Part shown: piece by piece, positions 58,101 through 64,000 of the stretch
How positions within the stretch are numbered: the stretch's first letter is position 1
Layout of the letters: each line of letters begins with the position of its first letter
DNA from: Candidatus Heimdallarchaeota archaeon
Lineage (GTDB): Archaea; Asgardarchaeota; Heimdallarchaeia; Heimdallarchaeales; Heimdallarchaeaceae
Length of the DNA: 64,000 nucleotides
Direction of reading: 5' to 3'
Assembly: GCA_019057375.1 (NCBI GenBank)
Contig: DXJF01000050.1
Coordinates: 32,001 to 96,000 of the forward strand
The notes under the pieces: generated by a model
What the model saw: the letters and a program-made list of their open reading frames with translations, nothing else
The model's database searches: none
What the model was told of the DNA's origin: nothing
Translations under genes and position numbers: made by a program

Positions 58101-59276
58101 CCCAGTAATCTACCAGCATTTTATGAAACAAAATTTGTTAATAGAAAAGGTAATGTAAGAAACACAATAGTTAACCTAACCCCCATTCCACTTTCGGAGG
58201 ATTACATAGTATCTTTATTTGATATTACTGATATGAAACTGGCTGAAGAAGAACTAAAGCAGTCGGAAATTATGTACAGAGATTTATTTGAGAGCACTGG
58301 TATGGCTAATGTCATTTATAACTTGGAAGCAAGTATTGTTTTGGTTAATTCAAGAATGGAAGATCTATCAGGTTATACAAAGGAAGAATTAGAAGGACGA
58401 AAATGGATAGAGTTTATTCCACAACCTGAACTTAATCTAATGTTAGAATATAACAGAAAGAGAATGCTACAACCTGAAAGTGTTCCAGAACAATATGAAA
58501 CACGTTTCATAACAAAGGAAGGAACACCAAAAACCATAGTAATCAGTGTTAACCCTCTACCTAATTCAACGAATATTCTAGCCTCAGTTTTTGATATTTC
58601 TGATAGAAGAAAAATTGTAGATACTCTCACTAGACAGAAAAAAGAGCTTAGTAATTTTGTACACTTGATGGGTCATGATATAAGGAACTGCCTTTCATCA
58701 ATTGAGGGATATACAGATTTACTTGAAGAAAATGAGCAAGAAAAAGAATTAGTTCTTAAAAAGATAAATAATCAAACTGATTACCTCCAAAAACTCTTAA
58801 ACAGGTCTATTGAACTTGCAGATGCAGGACAAACTGTAGAGAAATCTGAAAAAGTAAATCTGAATAAGCTCGTAGAAACCATAGGAGCAATAACAATTCC
58901 ACAAAATATTAAGCTCAGTCATGATCCTCTTGTAGCTGTCAGAGCAGATAAAGAGAAACTATCACAGATTTTCAAAAATCTTTTCGAAAATGCTGTTATT
59001 CACGGAAAACCCAGTCAAATAGATGTGACAAGTAAATTGTTAGATAATGAAATAGTTTTAACTATAGAAAATGATGGACTACAAATAGAAGCTAAAACTG
59101 TGGAAGAAGCTTTTGAATCAACATTCACAACAAAAGAAAAAGAATCGATTCATGGTTTAACTATTGTCAAGAAGCTAGTGGATGCTCATGGATGGAAAAT
59201 AAGATTAGCTGATAAGCAAGAAAAAGCATGTTTTGAAATACTAATTCCAAAAGAAGATGTCACAGAAATTTTCTGA
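55143..59276 (+). CDS. Hybrid sensor: receiver domain, eight PAS domains, histidine kinase
   Basis: REC (HIDDEE, VCDY, FTG, RKG), eight PAS starts, H-box MGHDIRN and N-box NLFENAVIHG. Confidence 0.92.
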   Translation: MVKSNKDEKDEFSPDVIRVLHIDDEEDFLFLTKEFIEKMSEGEIQVESLRIPIEAFERIKDDNIDIIVCDYLMEDLNGLDLLKQIKQKELQIPFIIFTGRGREEVVIDALNLGADYYIRKGSDARSQYTELVHQIRTVLRHKKAEQALTESERTIRRERDLTQHYLNEANVMFVIVNENEIVELMNKEVTYVLGYTEKDLIGKNWFTTAYSSEYVDELRFSFQQVIVGMQKPTPYFEIEMETKNGDKRIIAWRNTTIKDENDKVIKILGVGDDITQRKEIEAALQQSEEKYRKLVDTSPDSIVLADLTGIITLANPQAAIMHGVDKPEELIGRSMLEFTAPEDHEKVMRGMKKQTFSTQKGYVEYTMLKKNGESFPVELNAVVITDKSNKPIAMMAIGRDLTQRIKAEEALKESEEKYRGFVQNFDGIAFRGSINFKPFFFHGAVEQITGYTEDDFVIGELTWDKLVLQEDIEQLLAINEDLENTPGFSNVMEYRIRNKTGEIRWIRQHIQNIGSKEGESFIVQGSLYDITEKKLFEVNLRESENKFKSLFEGIPDAVFVADPETQAIIDCNKQAEMLLGCPREKIITMNALELHPEDQREAINQNFRRHAQGHEEIIENEVLTCNNKRIPVSINANLITIKGKKYLQGIFRNITHRKEVEEKQRESEKLYKITFESTGTANLIAKSDKTINLVNSRFEELTGLKKTEIENKMKWSDFISEEETTRFEKIQELHFQDPTLAPDYFETSIILKDGTSINVYLTVKTIPESTDFIITLIDISQMKRAEEQLKESEALYRTLFEATGTANAIARADSIVEKMNDRLADISGYSKEEVEGKLSWHTFVDESELERLMEYNRKRMIDPTSVPTSYEAKLKDKNGNIVPCLIHVGVIPSTEKFIISLIDISETKEAENELLKSAELYKTIFEATGTANMIVGPGRTIKQVNSKLEEVSGYLRGDLIGRNWSEFAPESEMDNLLDFSRARKTDPSNLPAFYETKFVNRKGNVRNTIVNLTPIPLSEDYIVSLFDITDMKLAEEELKQSEIMYRDLFESTGMANVIYNLEASIVLVNSRMEDLSGYTKEELEGRKWIEFIPQPELNLMLEYNRKRMLQPESVPEQYETRFITKEGTPKTIVISVNPLPNSTNILASVFDISDRRKIVDTLTRQKKELSNFVHLMGHDIRNCLSSIEGYTDLLEENEQEKELVLKKINNQTDYLQKLLNRSIELADAGQTVEKSEKVNLNKLVETIGAITIPQNIKLSHDPLVAVRADKEKLSQIFKNLFENAVIHGKPSQIDVTSKLLDNEIVLTIENDGLQIEAKTVEEAFESTFTTKEKESIHGLTIVKKLVDAHGWKIRLADKQEKACFEILIPKEDVTEIF
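57150..58610 (+). repeat. Four tandem paralogous PAS repeats within the kinase
   Basis: The (L/M)Y..(T/I/L)FE(S/A)TG(T/M)AN motif starts at 57150, 57525, 57900 and 58272 (periods 375, 375, 372 nt). Confidence 0.85.
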
Positions 59277-59365
59277 TTTTCTTCAATCTCAGTTTCCTTT
59301 TAAAACTTCGCATGAAAAATTCTTCAGCTAGGTATCCTTTTATGCTTCGATATTGACTTCAAATC

Positions 59366-60289
59366 ATGACCATACGAATTGTTACTGATAGTGCTTCAGA
59401 CCTTTCATGGGATTTTGCAAGAGAAAATAATATCAAAATTGTACCACTTTATATGATGGTACATGACGAAGTGCTCAAAGAAGATGAAAATTTCGATAGG
59501 GATAGTTACTACCAACTCTTCGAAGACGAAAAGGCTTTTCTTCACATACCTAAATTAAATTTGCATTCCTTTGTTCCTAGTACTTCCCAACCTAATCCTC
59601 AAGATTTTGAGAAAGCATATCAAGAGCAGATTGACGAAGGTGCCAAAGAAATACTAGTAATTAATGTTACAGCTGGATTATCAGGAACTACCAACAGTTC
59701 AAATTTAGCAGCTAAAAAGGTTATGAGAAAACAATCTGATATCAAAATATACATTATTGATGCTAAGTCTGCATCTTATCCTGAAGTTATTTTAATAAGA
59801 ATGGCGCTAAAGTTAATTAAACAGAAAAAATATACAGGAGAGCAAATTACAGAAATTCTCAGAGAACAAGCAATAAAGATTCGTACAATCATTCTACTTC
59901 CAACAATAAGATATCTCTGGAAAGGTGGAAGACTAGGAAGATTTGGAACAGCTAAATTTGCACTAGGGTCTTTATTGAAAAAGAAACCCATAGTAACAAT
60001 GAATGAAGAGGGATTCGTTGAAACTGCAGGATCTGCTACTGATGTTGAAGAAGGACTGAAAGAGTCATTAAGACTTAGTCTTGAGAACGCACCAAAAGAA
60101 CCTAAAGCTTTTACTATCGTTTATGGTAGTAGGAAGGACTATGCTGAGAATCTTGCTAATCTAATAAAAGAAAAGTATCCTAAGATTGAAATTGAAATTG
60201 GTCAGAGTGGAGGTTCAGTTCTTTCGCATTTAGGACCTGAATCTATTGGGTTAATAACTGATTACACTGATGATGAACACTGGAAATAA
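59366..60289 (+). CDS. DegV/FakB-family fatty-acid-binding protein
   Basis: IVTDSASDL, STSQP, AGLSGT, YLWKGGR, KKPIV and SHLGP. Confidence 0.92.
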   Translation: MTIRIVTDSASDLSWDFARENNIKIVPLYMMVHDEVLKEDENFDRDSYYQLFEDEKAFLHIPKLNLHSFVPSTSQPNPQDFEKAYQEQIDEGAKEILVINVTAGLSGTTNSSNLAAKKVMRKQSDIKIYIIDAKSASYPEVILIRMALKLIKQKKYTGEQITEILREQAIKIRTIILLPTIRYLWKGGRLGRFGTAKFALGSLLKKKPIVTMNEEGFVETAGSATDVEEGLKESLRLSLENAPKEPKAFTIVYGSRKDYAENLANLIKEKYPKIEIEIGQSGGSVLSHLGPESIGLITDYTDDEHWK

Positions 60290-60391
60290 GTGAGAAACCA
60301 TTCCACACGAAGTATAGGTAAGATCTTCTTGGAAAGGGTTCATTCCGAAAAGGAATCATCTAATAAGGTAGGATAGGGTTAAACATTCACT

Positions 60392-60910
60392 CTACCTTCT
60401 AACAAGGTCTAAATTCTCTTCTGCTTTCTTTTTCTTTGCATATTTCAAATAGTATCTTATTCCTAAAATTAGAAAACCAACTATGAACATGATTCCTAGA
60501 ATTAGATAATCAGTTCTTGAAGACATAATATTATACAATATCCCGTTTTTCTGCGAAAATGGATAGAAGAACATTATCTCAGGATAAAGGATTGCATCAA
60601 AAAAAACATGAGAAAACAAACCTATAATACTTGATATAAGAGACAGATAAATATTATATTTTGGGAGATATCTATCTAGTTTCAAAAATCTGTAGCATAA
60701 CCAACTTATGATTGATGCAGGTATAAAGAAAACAATTACACCAAGAGTACTATGCATAATTCCATGCATTCTCCCTATACCAGTTATAAGATAAAAAATT
60801 GGTTCAAGATCAATAATTACAGTTCCAATCAATAGTGCAATTGGATCCAAAAATGGCAATATACTAAAAAGAAAGATTCCAAAACCTAAATGCATTGGAG
60901 TAAAAGGCAT
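60392..60910 (-). CDS. Membrane-bound metal-dependent hydrolase-like protein (DUF4184-like)
   Basis: MPFTPMH, IDLEP, HGIMHS and SHVFFDA...FYPFS. Confidence 0.75.
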   Translation of the reverse strand: MPFTPMHLGFGIFLFSILPFLDPIALLIGTVIIDLEPIFYLITGIGRMHGIMHSTLGVIVFFIPASIISWLCYRFLKLDRYLPKYNIYLSLISSIIGLFSHVFFDAILYPEIMFFYPFSQKNGILYNIMSSRTDYLILGIMFIVGFLILGIRYYLKYAKKKKAEENLDLVRR

Positions 60911-60945
60911 CTTGGTTTAATAGCTGTAATCAGCTTATATATCTT

Positions 60946-62259
60946 TTATCTAATCAAGCTGTGACATTTTCTTTTCCTGATTATAAAAACCACAACATAG
61001 AAATTTACTAATCCAGTAAAGATCAAAATACTGAAGCTTGTTTTCTCTGTAGGAATCTCTAGTAATGAAGTAAAATCATATACAACATCATCTAAACTAA
61101 CACTTGTTCGGTTCAAGACAGTAATTACAGAAGATTCATTGTTGAACATTGGTGCTTCACAATGATATAGAGTTGAAGTTGAAACATATTTCTCTTCATG
61201 ATGTTCATGACCATAAAGCATAACTTCTATATTGTAGCTTGCTCTTAGATTTGAAGCATGATTCTTGTAGTCTGAATGATAAAATAGTACATTCGGTTTT
61301 TCCTCTTCAGTTGATAAAATATCCACTACACTATCAAGATCAGATACACTTAAACCTCCATTAGTACAAGTGTATCCAATAAATGACCAATCTAGAAAAT
61401 TAAAATTCATATAGTTCTCTCCAAAGTAATTCTTCCAAACAACTGCTGGGTTATCAGGAAGGAGAGATGAAGAATCCAAATCGTGATTTCCCCCAATAAT
61501 GTAAATAGGTAGATTAAGTAAATCAAACACCCATAAACTTAGCTTTACTTGCACTTCAGCAGCCAAGGGTTTTCCTGTTATAGGATTAACATATTCTGAA
61601 GCTGGTGCTCCTTCTATTAAATCTCCAGTGAAGATTGCAAAATCTACATCAAGACTCTTTATTGAATCTATATAATTTAAAACTATATCAGTTGTGTTCA
61701 TTCCTGCAAACGAAGGAATATGTGAATCAGAAATATGGAGAATATTAAACGGATATGACTTCTGCACTACTATTTTAACTGAATTTGTTTGATAATCATC
61801 ACCAATACTGCAATTCAATTGTAAATCGTATAATCCAGCAATATTCTCTGAAGGATTAACCTCAAAATACCAAAGAGCATCAATCTCATCATATGTTGAT
61901 TCTAAGATATCAAGAGTAATATTTGCTCCGGACGAAACTAATGAAAACTGCCAACCAACTGTATCTGAATCAGCTTGAGCTGTGATTGATATGTTTTGAC
62001 TATAATCGATAATTGCAGGGAAACCTTTGTGGGGAGATCGAATTATTGAAAGAGGTCTAGCTACAAGGTGATATCGAGGAAAACTGGTTTCATTGAAATA
62101 TTCTGTTGGAGAGGTAGCATTAATACTTGTTAGAACGGGATTATTGGTTGGGTTATCTAGAAATATTAAACCATTTATAGTTTGAGATTGAGATACAAAT
62201 AAGCTTGAAAATAAAATAATAATTGTCAATAAAAACCAAAGTCTAGATTTTATTTGCAT
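60946..62259 (-). CDS. Exported calcineurin-like metallophosphoesterase with a C-terminal anchor
   Basis: Signal peptide, HISDSH, TGDL, GNHD, YGHEH, and a TEKTSFS + TM + RKRK tail. Confidence 0.85.
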   Translation of the reverse strand: MQIKSRLWFLLTIIILFSSLFVSQSQTINGLIFLDNPTNNPVLTSINATSPTEYFNETSFPRYHLVARPLSIIRSPHKGFPAIIDYSQNISITAQADSDTVGWQFSLVSSGANITLDILESTYDEIDALWYFEVNPSENIAGLYDLQLNCSIGDDYQTNSVKIVVQKSYPFNILHISDSHIPSFAGMNTTDIVLNYIDSIKSLDVDFAIFTGDLIEGAPASEYVNPITGKPLAAEVQVKLSLWVFDLLNLPIYIIGGNHDLDSSSLLPDNPAVVWKNYFGENYMNFNFLDWSFIGYTCTNGGLSVSDLDSVVDILSTEEEKPNVLFYHSDYKNHASNLRASYNIEVMLYGHEHHEEKYVSTSTLYHCEAPMFNNESSVITVLNRTSVSLDDVVYDFTSLLEIPTEKTSFSILIFTGLVNFYVVVFIIRKRKCHSLIR

Positions 62260-62335
62260 AATTATTTCATTATTCTAAATAGAAATAAATCTTACTGTGA
62301 TTTTACGAATATATTTATGGATTCTACAAAACAAC

Positions 62336-62950
62336 TTATAAAGGATCTTCAGGAAACTTTCCAAAACTTAAACACAAGTCCCAGAGCAAGTTTTGAGCTT
62401 GAGGGTTCAGATAATCATATGGAGAAACATGTTCTCTTACTCCAATAAACTTGTAGAAGCTGATAGTCCAATGAATATGTGGAAATTCAGCGCTAAGAAC
62501 AGGAATCAAGAAACCAAGAGACTGATTTACTTCAACCCTATCACCTTTTTTTACAGTTATTGCAGCTAATTGATCATCTATCACAGATTCTTCAGTCGTC
62601 CATGGTTCAAAAGCAATGAACATTGTCCATTTCATATTTATTTTGATGTTTACATCTATTAACCAATAACCATTTGACATCCTAAACTTCTTCACATCTG
62701 TAACTTTGCCTGAAATTGGTGTAAATATTTCAGTATCATTATCAAGTTTAAAATCAAAACCAATGTGTAATTGAGTAGACATATTATCATGAAAAACTTG
62801 AACACCAGTAACATCTTCTAAATTATGAACAGGTAAAGAAAATTCAGGTGTTTCTGCTAGTGTAAAAGCAATAGCAAAACCAGCTGAAATACCACCAGCA
62901 AGAATAATTGTTGATATGAATATGAAAAAGATTAGTTTGATTTTTTTCAT
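62336..62950 (-). CDS. M23-like metallopeptidase domain protein, N-terminally anchored
   Basis: N-terminal hydrophobic helix, HIGFD (HxxxD), FTPISGKV, GDRV and PHIH (HxH). Confidence 0.7.
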   Translation of the reverse strand: MKKIKLIFFIFISTIILAGGISAGFAIAFTLAETPEFSLPVHNLEDVTGVQVFHDNMSTQLHIGFDFKLDNDTEIFTPISGKVTDVKKFRMSNGYWLIDVNIKINMKWTMFIAFEPWTTEESVIDDQLAAITVKKGDRVEVNQSLGFLIPVLSAEFPHIHWTISFYKFIGVREHVSPYDYLNPQAQNLLWDLCLSFGKFPEDPL

Positions 62951-63094
62951 TGCATCTATTTTAAGGAAAAGATAATTATAGTTTTCTAAAGTTTCTGAAG
63001 GTTTGCAACAATGTTTATCATCACTTCCTTTTGTACCATTGTACTTGAACTGCAGTAGAAGTGGTCAGATGGAGAAGAAAAATAAAATAAAACA

Positions 63095-63370
63095 GTGTAT
63101 CAAAAAGTGTTTGCTGGTTTTCTGTGGACAATTCAATATATTGTCTCCATAAGAAGATCAATCAAAATTGCATTTTTAATGATTATATCTGGTATAATTT
63201 CTATTACAATGATTATTGGAACTATATTTGGTTCTCTGGTTTGGACATCAGGTCTAGCTACGGTGGCTTGGGGTTTTATAGCTATCATTTCAGGATTAAC
63301 TTGCATAATTACAACTACTATGTTTGTTAGAGCAATTAAAAAAGAAAGAGAAGTCGTAACTAATCTATGA
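63095..63370 (+). CDS. Small membrane protein (2-3 TM)
   Basis: 91-aa hydrophobic ORF from a GTG. The real start may be ATG 63069 if one A is missing. Confidence 0.5.
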   Translation: MYQKVFAGFLWTIQYIVSIRRSIKIAFLMIISGIISITMIIGTIFGSLVWTSGLATVAWGFIAIISGLTCIITTTMFVRAIKKEREVVTNL

Positions 63371-63371
63371 G

Positions 63372-63998
63372 TCATAATTTCTTTGTAAGTATATCGTAGG
63401 AAGCTGATTTCTCAAATCCAACAGCCATGAAATCTTCTGCTTCTTCTTTCTCAACTGGTGTTTCAGGATTAAGATAAACAGCTACTTGTTTGAAACCTGC
63501 TTCATTAATTTTTGTTAAGAGATCAGAGATTATGTGTTTTTTGAGTTCAGAACTTTTACCTATAAGGAGTGAAATCGTCGCAATTCCCTCATTTTGAGTT
63601 GAAGTTGCTGCACCATAAGCTAAAATCTCACCATCTTTCTTAATTACTCTATAACCAAGTAAATTTTCATTTTCTGCTATTCTTTTGACATAGTTTTCTA
63701 AATTATCTCCAGCAAGATTTGGATAAGTTTCACCAAGCTGATTTTTAACTTGTTCAACATCAGTTTCATGGTTATAATCAGCAATAGAATTTTCTGTTTT
63801 AAAGTGTTTAACATCTGATGGGTCACAAAGATAAATTTCAGTAACTGTTCTAGTTTTGGAAAATCCTAGTTTTTCTGCTATTTCATAATAATTATCATTA
63901 AGTATAGTTTGGGGAGTTTCTATTTCAGTAACTTCCTTTTGTTTAAGAACCTCAACTAGTTGGTCAAACAACAGGTTAAAAGCTCCCTCATGTCCTGG
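63372..63998 (-). CDS. GNAT-like protein, 5'-truncated by the window edge
   Basis: The frame stays open to the window end (PGHEGAFNLLFDQ...). GYRVIKKDGEILAYG and AVGFEK are GNAT-like. Confidence 0.6.
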   Translation of the reverse strand, partial: PGHEGAFNLLFDQLVEVLKQKEVTEIETPQTILNDNYYEIAEKLGFSKTRTVTEIYLCDPSDVKHFKTENSIADYNHETDVEQVKNQLGETYPNLAGDNLENYVKRIAENENLLGYRVIKKDGEILAYGAATSTQNEGIATISLLIGKSSELKKHIISDLLTKINEAGFKQVAVYLNPETPVEKEEAEDFMAVGFEKSASYDILTKKL

Positions 63999-64000
63999 AA

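Noticed and set aside
2928-59991. Numerous short listed ORFs (60-105 aa) antisense or out-of-frame inside longer genes, e.g. 2928..3116, 5767..5961, 6182..6487, 15766..15993, 18022..18336, 20895..21158, 28500..28817, 40537..40833, 58373..58630, 59776..59991
   Set aside because: They lie within motif-supported genes and have Ser/Ile/Phe-rich shadow composition with no recognisable motifs.
60335-60362. SECIS-like ATGA...TGA hairpin on the minus strand
   Set aside because: The stem is only 4-5 bp and neither flanking gene has an in-frame TGA to recode.
62254-63375. ORFs 62254..62448, 63124..63330 and 63133..63375
   Set aside because: They overlap better-supported genes on the opposite strand or in another frame.
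1-64000. tRNA, rRNA, CRISPR arrays, transposases, integrases
   Set aside because: I saw no T-loop/cloverleaf, long GC-rich tract, regularly spaced repeat or DDE/recombinase motif, and the intergenic gaps are nearly all too short. tRNAscan-SE and Infernal were not run.

Overview
AT-rich (roughly 30% G+C by inspection), very gene-dense archaeal chromosomal segment with about 53 protein genes, two of them cut by the window edges. It has GGTGA ribosome-binding sites, TATA-like boxes, oligo-T terminators and frequent TTG/GTG starts. The source is most likely an Asgard archaeon (probably Heimdallarchaeia). That call rests on an Asgard-type profilin, a PCI-domain protein, a longin/uDENN-like protein and C-terminally anchored surface proteins. 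Housekeeping content: a complete but rearranged A/V-type ATPase gene set, ATP-dependent DNA ligase, TldD/PmbA, aldehyde:ferredoxin oxidoreductase, homoserine dehydrogenase, agmatinase, RidA, acyl-CoA ligase, DegV and a REC-8xPAS histidine kinase. I saw no rRNA, tRNA, CRISPR array or transposase. Most notable: (1) a degenerate CofD fold fused to a PCI domain and a classical C2H2 zinc finger; (2) a longin/uDENN-like domain fused to an apparent pseudo-GTPase; (3) an ATPase locus with two subunits flipped, a USP gene embedded, and atpC/atpH start codons overlapping head-to-head; (4) a neighbourhood of profilin, a SHOCT/coiled-coil/triple PRC-barrel protein, an IFT52-like GIFT protein, a MinD-like ATPase and two YdjG-like proteins. 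All family assignments are motif recognition by eye; no searches were run.
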